Shown here: in pieces, positions 56,686-64,000 of the stretch
Layout of the letters: every line of letters begins with the position of its first letter
How positions within the stretch are numbered: the stretch's first letter is position 1
Source: SAR116 cluster bacterium AG-335-B03
GTDB lineage: Bacteria > Pseudomonadota > Alphaproteobacteria > Puniceispirillales > Marisalimonadaceae
Direction: 5' to 3'
DNA length: 64,000 nucleotides
Assembly: GCA_003282435.1 (NCBI GenBank)
Contig: QBZG01000002.1
Coordinates: forward strand, 44,967 to 108,966
Notes under the pieces: model-generated
Told to the model about the DNA's origin: nothing
What the model saw: the letters and a program-made list of their open reading frames with translations, nothing else
Database searches by the model: none
Program-made: the position numbers and the translations under genes

Positions 56686-56810
56686 TTTATTTTACTTTCT
56701 AAACTAATTTTTAATTATTCTGTAACGATAAAGAAAATAGATATATACTTAAAACAAAATACTATAATAAAAACAACTTTATTTTAGACTTGATTAAAAG
56801 GTTTTGAAAC

Positions 56811-57437
56811 ATGAGAAAAAGAATTGAGTACTACTTCGACTGTAGTAGTCCATGGACTTATCTTGCATTTAAAGGGATTACAGATCTTTATAAAAAAAAA
56901 GATTTTGAATTAATTTGGAAACCTATTTTAGTTGGTGGAATCTTTAACACTATAAATCCGAGTGTTTATAAGGCTAGAAACAATCCCAATCCGGTTAAAG
57001 AAAAATTAACTTATTATTTTAAAGATTTAAAAGATTGGGCTGACGCAAGAAAAATTGTTATTAATCACGATGGTTTTGGACCACTTAATTCACCCAAGGT
57101 ATTTCCTGTTAACAGCGTTAAAGCTATGAGGGGCTCATTTATGTTTCTAGATGAAGGAGGTATTGAAAATTATTTGAATTCAATATTTTATGCCTATTGG
57201 ACTGACGGATTAGATATTTCTCTAGAAGAAAATTTAATCAATATTGTTGAAAATTTAAATGTAGATTCAAATAAATTTTTAAACTTTATACAACAACAAG
57301 ATACTAAAGAAAGATTAAAAGATAATACCCAAGAACTTATAGATAGGGGTGGTTTTGGCTCTCCTACTTTCTTTATAAACGAAAAAGACATGTATTTTGG
57401 GCAAGATAGAATTTCTCTAATTGAAATGCTCTTATAA
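56811..57437 (+). CDS. 2-hydroxychromene-2-carboxylate isomerase / kappa-class GST (DsbA-like)
   Basis: YYFDCSSPWTYL, KPILVGG, FPVNS, GGFGSPTF, FGQDR. Confidence 0.88.
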   Translation: MRKRIEYYFDCSSPWTYLAFKGITDLYKKKDFELIWKPILVGGIFNTINPSVYKARNNPNPVKEKLTYYFKDLKDWADARKIVINHDGFGPLNSPKVFPVNSVKAMRGSFMFLDEGGIENYLNSIFYAYWTDGLDISLEENLINIVENLNVDSNKFLNFIQQQDTKERLKDNTQELIDRGGFGSPTFFINEKDMYFGQDRISLIEMLL

Positions 57438-57505
57438 TTATTAATAAATTTTAAAATAGCTAAATTATCTGTTTAAATTATAAAAAAACTAAATATTATT
57501 ATTTT

Positions 57506-58501
57506 ATGTCTCAAAATAAAAAAATATGTGTAGTCGGTGCAACTGGTCTAGTTGGATCAAGTATTGTTAGACTTGCTCTTGAAAAAGGTTATTTTGTAAA
57601 TGGTACTTTAAGAGACAAATCAGATATATCTAAAGTTAAATATCTAACTGAACTTAAAAATTCTCATAATCTAGATTTGTTTGACGCAAATATGGAGAAT
57701 GAAAAAGACTTGATAAGCCCTCTGCAAGATACTGACGCAGTATTTATTGCTTGTTTAACTCCTACATATAAAGGTAAAGACGGTACACCAGCGAAAGAAA
57801 TGAATGATGAAAGAGGTTACAAAGAAATCATAAACCCAACAGTTGATGGATGTCTGAACATTGTTAAAACAGCCAAATACCATGGTATTAAAAATGTTGT
57901 GATTTGCTCCTCAACATCAAGTACAAATCCTGTACCCCCAGTAAAGTTTAAGAATGAAATTGATCACTGGTCTGATGAAAAAGAACAATGCAGATCAAAA
58001 AAATATACTTCTGCAACCAAAACGGTTATGGAAAAAGCTGCAATTAAATATTGTGAGGAAAATGATATTAGACTGTCAATTATTTTACCAACTGGGTTGT
58101 ACGGTGACCCAGTTTTACCAAGTCACCTTAATCATAATCCCTTTATATGGCTGAAGAGAGTTATCGAAGGTGGAAATCCGAGACATGAAAAAATACCTAA
58201 CGATTCTGCTTCAATGATACATTTAAGAGACTTAGCAAAAATTTTTTTAGCTGTATACGAAAATTCAAACGCATCCGGGCGATATTTTGGTGTTTACAAA
58301 AGCCTTCATTGGTGTGATATTTATAATGAGTGTAAGAAATTAATTCCAAACATGAGTATGCCTATAACATTCTCAGATAAACCAGTTAAACCCACAGGAT
58401 TTGATTTCACCAGAAGGGACAGTCTTAAAGTTCATATTAGAGATTTTTCAACAACATTAAAAGAAACTATAAATTGGCTTAAATCCAAACCTTTTGAGTA
58501 A
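57506..58501 (+). CDS. NAD-dependent epimerase/dehydratase (dihydroflavonol reductase-like extended SDR)
   Basis: CVVGATGLVG, GTLRD, CSSTS, YTSATK, IHLRDLA, ASGRY. Confidence 0.82.
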   Translation: MSQNKKICVVGATGLVGSSIVRLALEKGYFVNGTLRDKSDISKVKYLTELKNSHNLDLFDANMENEKDLISPLQDTDAVFIACLTPTYKGKDGTPAKEMNDERGYKEIINPTVDGCLNIVKTAKYHGIKNVVICSSTSSTNPVPPVKFKNEIDHWSDEKEQCRSKKYTSATKTVMEKAAIKYCEENDIRLSIILPTGLYGDPVLPSHLNHNPFIWLKRVIEGGNPRHEKIPNDSASMIHLRDLAKIFLAVYENSNASGRYFGVYKSLHWCDIYNECKKLIPNMSMPITFSDKPVKPTGFDFTRRDSLKVHIRDFSTTLKETINWLKSKPFE

Positions 58502-58617
58502 ATAATAAAGAATAAATAGATCAGGACTTATTTATTTATTTAATTTTTTTTGTTAAGAAATTATTGTTGGTAAATTAATAACAGGTCCTTGATATTTAAC
58601 ATGACAGAGTTTGTATT

Positions 58618-59226
58618 ATGGATAATTTTAAAAATAGAAGTTTTTTCCACGAAGGTATGAGAGAATTTCAAGAACTTTTTGACGGCGTTAGGACAGCTAA
58701 CGCAATTGAAAAGCATCGAAAACACTACGAATTTTGGGATGATGAAATAGACTTAATTCGTAAATCAAAATTTTTCTTTATTGCTAGCTCATGGAACGGA
58801 TATATCGATTGCAATATAAAATCTGGGGACCCGGGATTTGTTAAAATAGTAAAAGATGGAGTGATTGAGTATCCTGAATATGACGGTAATTCGATGTATA
58901 GAACTGCAGGAAATATAGTTAAAAATGCAAATGTCGCTCTTCTTTTTGTAAACTTTGATGGAAAAAGTCGAAGAATAAGAATAAATGGGTATGCAAGCAT
59001 TCACCGGGACAGTAATTCCTTGAAAAGACATTACGGTGCAAAGTTTGTTGTAAGGATAAAATGCGAGATTTATCCAAATTGTCCTCGTTATATTCCAGAT
59101 CTTAAAAATGATAGACTCTCAGTCTATACACCTCGAGAAGAAGAAGGAACACCTCCTGTTCCGGAATGGAAAGAGAGAGATTATATCAAAAATATTTTGC
59201 CTAAAGATGACTCCCATAATAATTAA
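58618..59226 (+). CDS. Pyridoxamine 5'-phosphate oxidase-like FMN-binding protein
   Basis: FFFIAS, KSGDPGFV, PEYDGNSMY...GN, RIRING, PNCPRYI. Confidence 0.85.
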   Translation: MDNFKNRSFFHEGMREFQELFDGVRTANAIEKHRKHYEFWDDEIDLIRKSKFFFIASSWNGYIDCNIKSGDPGFVKIVKDGVIEYPEYDGNSMYRTAGNIVKNANVALLFVNFDGKSRRIRINGYASIHRDSNSLKRHYGAKFVVRIKCEIYPNCPRYIPDLKNDRLSVYTPREEEGTPPVPEWKERDYIKNILPKDDSHNN

Positions 59227-59261
59227 TTAGAGTTGAGAAGTATTACAAATAGGTTTGATGT

Positions 59262-59489
59262 ATGGAACATGAAATGAAAGAAGGTCTTCCTAAAACCTGG
59301 GATAAGACAAAACGTTTTTATGAGATATTATATCCTGATGGTAAAAAGGAAATATGGAAAGACATTACAGCACGTGATTGCCTGACAAAGTATGAAAATT
59401 TGGATCCATATGGCAATGGATTAAAATTAAGAGAAATAGTAGGCAATGAATTACAGCTATTAAAAGTAATGGATAATTCCCAGAAATAA
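59262..59489 (+). CDS. Small hypothetical protein
   Basis: 75-aa ORF with plausible RBS (aggt) and normal composition. Confidence 0.55.
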   Translation: MEHEMKEGLPKTWDKTKRFYEILYPDGKKEIWKDITARDCLTKYENLDPYGNGLKLREIVGNELQLLKVMDNSQK

Positions 59490-59631
59490 GTTTTGCAGAA
59501 CTTACATTGTTATTTTATTTTAAATATTGCGTTATTTACAAAAAACCTAAAAAAAATAAAATTATAATTTCTAATCTGTTACAGTTTTTTATTTGTTTTA
59601 TAAGTAAAAAAATTTAAATTTAATATGTCTC

Positions 59632-59808
59632 GTTAACTCTACATTAAAGTTTCATAATCATATTTTTTTTGTTTTAGGTATTTATTGGGATATATTGCCT
59701 GATTAACTATATAAATTTTAGTTGACTCTATATTCAAGTTTCATAATCATGTTTTACTGCTTTAGGTATTTATTGGGGAATATTGCCTAATTAACTATTT
59801 AAATTTTA
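59632..59808 (+). repeat. Imperfect tandem duplication (89 + 88 bp) of the promoter/leader region
   Basis: Copy 1 59632-59720 and copy 2 59721-59808 share gtt(a/g)actcta..aagtttcataatcat..tttaggtatttattggg..tattgcct.attaactat.taaatttta. Confidence 0.9.
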
Positions 59809-59819
59809 TAGGAGGGTTA

Positions 59820-61166
59820 ATGATGAATAAAATTTTTAATTTTACAATTTTTAATATAATTTTTTTATTATTTACAAATGTAGCTTTTGCCGAAAAAATA
59901 AGATTTTGGACTACTGAGGAGCAACCAGCGCGTCTTGCAAAACAAAACGCAATGGCTGCGGATTTTTGGAAAGAAACTGGACATGATGTAGAAGTTATAC
60001 CTGTTTCTGAAAAAGATCTTGGTAAGAGGGCAACTGCGGCATTTGCAGCTGGAGACTTACCTGATGTAATTTATCATACATTACAATATGTATTACCATG
60101 GTCCGAAGCTGGTATTTTAGACGTAGAGACTAATGATGATATCGTAAATTCTTTACAAAAAAGCACTTTTGCACCAGGTGCAATTAAAATGGCACAATTT
60201 GATGGGAAAACTGCTGCAGTTCCAGTTGATGGATGGACACAGATGGTAGTCTATAGAAAAGATGTTTTTGACGCTGCTGGATTAGCTCCACCAAATAGTT
60301 TTGCAAATATTGAGAAAGCAATAAATAAATTACATAATCCACCAAATATGTACGGTTTTGTAGCTGCAACTAAGGTTGACGAAAACTTCATGAGTCAAGT
60401 GTTGGAACATGTATTCTTAGCCAACGGTGTATCTCCAGTAAATAAGAATGGTTTCAGTCCATTAGATGAAAAATCTACCTCAGAGGTTTTAGAATTCTAT
60501 AAAAAAATTGCAAAGGCTTCACCAGCTGGCGAACTTTATTGGAAACAATCTCGGGCAATATACTTTGCCGGTAAAGCTGCTATGATTATATGGTCACCTT
60601 TTATTCTTGATGAATTGGCCGGATTAAGAAATTCAGCGCCACCAACAATAAATGATGATCCAACTTCTAAGGCTTTGGCACAAAAAACTGGTATTGTAAC
60701 AACTTTTGGAGGACCTTCTAATCCTGCAGGTGCTGCTTGGGCTGATATTAGGTATTTTGGAGTGACTACAGATGCAAATACTGACGTTGCTACTAAATTT
60801 GTCAAATATTCTATGAAAGATGGATATACTGCAACTCTTTCAATAGCACCCGAAGGGAAATTTCCAGTTCGCAGAGGAGAACCTGCCAATACCGCAAAAT
60901 ATGTAAACGCTTGGTCCAAATTACCTGTTGGAGTTGATAGAAAAGCTCCATTATCTGAATTATATTCGGATGTTACAATAAAAAAGATAGTGTCTGGACT
61001 AGAAACAGCAGATCGATGGGGTGTCAAAGAAGGTCAACTATCCCTAGCATCGAAGATTATTAATTCTCAAATTATCAATCGTATAGTAAGAGAATATATT
61101 GATGATCAAATAGATGTAAAAAAAGCAGTTACAAAACTAAATAAAGAACTTTCTACAATTAACTAA
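59820..61166 (+). CDS. Carbohydrate ABC transporter substrate-binding protein
   Basis: Signal peptide ending AFA; GDLPDV, AVPVDG, VYRKD, GKAAMI; RBS ggaggg. Confidence 0.88.
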   Translation: MMNKIFNFTIFNIIFLLFTNVAFAEKIRFWTTEEQPARLAKQNAMAADFWKETGHDVEVIPVSEKDLGKRATAAFAAGDLPDVIYHTLQYVLPWSEAGILDVETNDDIVNSLQKSTFAPGAIKMAQFDGKTAAVPVDGWTQMVVYRKDVFDAAGLAPPNSFANIEKAINKLHNPPNMYGFVAATKVDENFMSQVLEHVFLANGVSPVNKNGFSPLDEKSTSEVLEFYKKIAKASPAGELYWKQSRAIYFAGKAAMIIWSPFILDELAGLRNSAPPTINDDPTSKALAQKTGIVTTFGGPSNPAGAAWADIRYFGVTTDANTDVATKFVKYSMKDGYTATLSIAPEGKFPVRRGEPANTAKYVNAWSKLPVGVDRKAPLSELYSDVTIKKIVSGLETADRWGVKEGQLSLASKIINSQIINRIVREYIDDQIDVKKAVTKLNKELSTIN

Positions 61167-61176
61167 AATTATATAT

Positions 61177-61201
61177 TAGGCGACCATTTGTTGGTCGTCT
61201 A
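61177..61201 (+). terminator. Intergenic stem-loop after the SBP gene (mRNA stabiliser/attenuator)
   Basis: TAGGCGACCA-tttgt-TGGTCGTCTA with no strong T-tail. Confidence 0.6.
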
Positions 61202-61228
61202 TCTGCATTTATATATTTTTTGTAGAGT

Positions 61229-62518
61229 TTGAATATGTTCAACAAATTTAAAAAAAATGAAAGTAAGTTGCATCAAAAGGAGCGAAAACTTGCTTTTTTT
61301 CTCTTATTTCCGACTATATTTATAGTTCTATCAATTGTGATATTTCCACTTTTAGCTAATTTTTGGATTTCTTTTAAACCAATATCCCTTGGTGATTTAA
61401 GACCGCCCAAACTTATAATAAAAGAGAATCTTAGAGGTAAGTTAATTAATAAAGATAAAACAGCTGAAATTCACTATAGATACAGAAATTCATCTGCTAA
61501 ATATGATCTTAATAACGTAATCTTCAATGATACAATACCAAAAGGTTTTAATATCAAAAAAATAGAACCCAATAATACGTGTGAGATAAAAGATAAAAAC
61601 TTAACTTGTAATTTAGAAAAAGTTCCTGCTAAATCCTCAGGAAAAATCATTTTAAAAATCACTACAAATGATTATTGGAAAAAGAATAAGGATAATCTCA
61701 AAAATACCAGGCCAACAACTTCATATCAAAGTAAAAATATCCTTACGTCATTTGAGTTTACTTTTGACAATTTTAAAAAAGTTTTTTCCGCTACTGAATT
61801 TATACAAGTTTTAAAAGTTTCTATCTACTACACTATTTTTGGTACAGCTGGAGCATTACTGGTAGGTCTGTTTGCGGCGCAGATTCTACAAAAATCCTTT
61901 AAAGGTCGAACATTTGTTAGAGGTTTGCTTCTTTTCCCTTATATATCACCTGTCATAGCTGTTGCATTTTCATGGGTAATTTTGTTTGATCCATTTTCAG
62001 GAGTTGTTAACTCAATGTTAATACAAATGAATGTAATAGATAAACCTATAAATTTTTTTGGCCAAAAATATATTGATATCAGTATTTTTGGATATATATT
62101 CAAATTTCCTTTAGCTTTATCAATGGTAATTGCTTTCGAGATTTGGCGATATTTTCCACTATCTTTTTTATTTATCTTGGCCCGCATGCAATCATTGCCT
62201 GAAGATGTGTTTGACGCAGCTGAAATTGACGGTGCATCTCCTTTTCAACAATTTTATTATATTTCACTTCCTTTTTTAATTGGTATAATTAGCATTTTAT
62301 TTCTACTTCGGTTTATTTGGACATTTAATAAATTTGATGACATTTTTTTGCTTACTGGAGGAAATGCTGGCACAAGGACATTTACTGTAAATGTATATGA
62401 ACAGGCTTTTGCTATTTCTAACCTAGGTGCTGGAGCAGCCGTCGCAGTCGTTATTTTTACTTTTTTACTAGTTTTTTCACTAGTTTTTATAAAATATTCA
62501 AAAAAGGGCGTATTTTAG
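61229..62518 (+). CDS. Carbohydrate ABC transporter permease with large periplasmic insertion
   Basis: EAA loop DAAEIDGASPFQQF, FNKFDDIFLLTGG; ~110-aa soluble insert after TM1. Confidence 0.88.
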   Translation: MNMFNKFKKNESKLHQKERKLAFFLLFPTIFIVLSIVIFPLLANFWISFKPISLGDLRPPKLIIKENLRGKLINKDKTAEIHYRYRNSSAKYDLNNVIFNDTIPKGFNIKKIEPNNTCEIKDKNLTCNLEKVPAKSSGKIILKITTNDYWKKNKDNLKNTRPTTSYQSKNILTSFEFTFDNFKKVFSATEFIQVLKVSIYYTIFGTAGALLVGLFAAQILQKSFKGRTFVRGLLLFPYISPVIAVAFSWVILFDPFSGVVNSMLIQMNVIDKPINFFGQKYIDISIFGYIFKFPLALSMVIAFEIWRYFPLSFLFILARMQSLPEDVFDAAEIDGASPFQQFYYISLPFLIGIISILFLLRFIWTFNKFDDIFLLTGGNAGTRTFTVNVYEQAFAISNLGAGAAVAVVIFTFLLVFSLVFIKYSKKGVF

Positions 62519-62519
62519 A

Positions 62520-63746
62520 ATGTTTTGGAAATATGGTTTATTTTGTTCAATTTTTGCTGGATCCATATGGGGCACTTTCTGGCAAATAATTTTTACTATG
62601 ATGGGAATATTAACTTTTGGAATTCCTCTAGAATTAGATGTAAATCAAATGCTAATCATTGGACTAGTATCAGGTATTTTTTATATAAATTGTCAAAAAA
62701 TAATTTCAATGAAAATCCATTTAACCACAATTTTTACAATGACTTTACTTGTATACATGTTCAATTTTGGTAAACCCTATCAAATTAATGAAAGCCTAAA
62801 TAATATAAACATATTTATATTAATTTTTTTAACTTCAGCTGTTACATGGATCAGTATTAATTATTCCTTAAATAAAATATCCATTGGAAAACTCTCAAGA
62901 TACGATCTTGAAGGTTTTTATATAAAACTAATGTGGGCCCTGGGTTTAATAATCTTTATTTTAATTACGCTAGTTCCTTTCTATATAATGATAATGACAA
63001 GTTTAAAAAATCAACAAAGCTTGATTTTAAACCCTCTAGATTTTTCTCTAAATATTAACTCGGATTTTAAAACTCTTTTTAATTCTTATATCGAATTATT
63101 TACAGATTTTAATTTTCATTTATTCTTAATAAATTCTTTTTTTGTCTCTTGTGTCACTGTGTTCATAACTTTATTTTTTTCTATTCCAGGAGCTTATGCA
63201 CTTTCAAGATTAAGATTTCCTAGCAAAAAATTATTTTCAAGTTCAGTCATTCTAATTTACCTGATCCCTTCTATTGTATTAGTAATTCCTCTTTATGCCA
63301 TTTTTTCTCAAATCGGATTAAGAAATTCTCTTCTTGCCCTAATAATTGTTTATCCGGCTACAACTATTCCTGTAGCACTTTATATGTTGAGGGGATATTT
63401 CAGTTCATTGTCTAGTGAAATTGACGATGCAGCTTTGATGGATGGTCTTTCTAGAGTGCAAATAATTTTTAAAATAGCTATCCCTTTATCAAAACCAGCT
63501 ATTGTAAGCGTAGGGTTATATGTGTTTATGATTGCTTGGAATGAATTTTTAATAGCATTTATGTTCTTGGATGACCCAAGTATTTTTACTTTATCTAGAG
63601 GAATTATGTCTTTGAACTCTTCAGAAGTTCCTCAACAACATCTTATGGCAGGTGCTGTAATAGCAACTATACCAGTAATGATAATTTTCCTTTATTTAGA
63701 GAAATTTTTAATTTCTGGACTCTCAACGGGCGGGGTAAAAGAATAA
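62520..63746 (+). CDS. Carbohydrate ABC transporter permease with N-terminal membrane extension
   Basis: [31 protein letters not shown]. Confidence 0.88.
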   Translation: MFWKYGLFCSIFAGSIWGTFWQIIFTMMGILTFGIPLELDVNQMLIIGLVSGIFYINCQKIISMKIHLTTIFTMTLLVYMFNFGKPYQINESLNNINIFILIFLTSAVTWISINYSLNKISIGKLSRYDLEGFYIKLMWALGLIIFILITLVPFYIMIMTSLKNQQSLILNPLDFSLNINSDFKTLFNSYIELFTDFNFHLFLINSFFVSCVTVFITLFFSIPGAYALSRLRFPSKKLFSSSVILIYLIPSIVLVIPLYAIFSQIGLRNSLLALIIVYPATTIPVALYMLRGYFSSLSSEIDDAALMDGLSRVQIIFKIAIPLSKPAIVSVGLYVFMIAWNEFLIAFMFLDDPSIFTLSRGIMSLNSSEVPQQHLMAGAVIATIPVMIIFLYLEKFLISGLSTGGVKE

Positions 63747-63748
63747 TA

Positions 63749-64000
63749 ATGGCCTCTATAACACTCAAAAATATTTCCAAATCTTTTGCTGACAATCTAG
63801 TTATAAAGAATGTTGACTTAGAGATAAATGATGGAGAATTTGTTGTTTTTGTGGGTCCTTCTGGATGCGGAAAGTCAACACTTTTGAGAATTATTTCAGG
63901 ACTTGAAGACTTAAATGAGGGTAACATTTTTATCGACAGTGATAATGTTACAGATAAAATTCCTTATGATCGCGCTCTTTCAATGGTATTTCAATCCTAT
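63749..64000 (+). CDS. MalK/UgpC-type ABC ATPase (5' part, truncated by the window end)
   Basis: Own translation: [13 protein letters not shown]...[25 protein letters not shown]...MVFQSY. Confidence 0.92.
   Translation, partial: MASITLKNISKSFADNLVIKNVDLEINDGEFVVFVGPSGCGKSTLLRIISGLEDLNEGNIFIDSDNVTDKIPYDRALSMVFQSY

Noticed and set aside
58519-58594. Imperfect inverted repeat ATCAGGAC...GTCCTTGAT upstream of the PNPOx-like gene
   Set aside because: Short, bulged and separated by low-complexity AT sequence; compatible with chance
59632-59808. Possible CRISPR array or MITE
   Set aside because: Only two long imperfect copies with no spacers, no cas genes, and no terminal inverted repeats or target duplication
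141-63927. Many short ORFs in the track that overlap longer genes (e.g. 141-344, 15613-16191, 21359-21703, 46947-47237, 60536-61027, 63667-63927)
   Set aside because: Antisense or alternate-frame shadows of well-supported genes, with no recognisable motifs or RBS
1-64000. tRNA, rRNA and known riboswitches (TPP, cobalamin, glycine, SAM)
   Set aside because: No cloverleaf, rRNA-like segment or riboswitch consensus recognised by eye in any intergenic region; an Infernal scan would be needed to exclude them

Overview
AT-rich (roughly 30% GC by eye), densely packed bacterial chromosome segment. Gene content and style (alphaproteobacterial-type porin, TctABC, pobA-pcaHG, pseudoazurin, SCO, photolyase, very short spacers) suggest a streamlined marine alphaproteobacterium; this is an inference. 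About 70 CDSs, mostly organic-acid, aromatic and C1 catabolism: an itaconate/C5-dicarboxylate-type cluster, frmA-fghA, an enolase-superfamily/TauD/TTT/PrpD operon, a Baeyer-Villiger monooxygenase, pobA-pcaHG, an SBP56/methanethiol-oxidase-like gene, and a sugar-type ABC system cut by the window end. No rRNA, tRNA, CRISPR array, integrase or transposase was recognised. The most interesting unexplained signals are: (i) an orphan sigma54 promoter pointing at a ~70-nt structured non-coding element (25515-25610); (ii) a second candidate sRNA with an anti-Shine-Dalgarno motif (28107-28165); (iii) a phage-type MazG gene next to an intact but catalytically degenerate MT-A70-like gene embedded in a host operon; (iv) a wHTH-porin-wHTH-membrane protein cassette with duplicated palindromic operators and a leader hairpin; (v) a CRTAC1-like gene paired with a Cys-rich secreted protein; (vi) an 89-bp tandem duplication upstream of the ABC operon; and (vii) a DUF11-like Ig domain inserted in an ABC permease. 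All family assignments come from motif recognition by eye, with no database searches.
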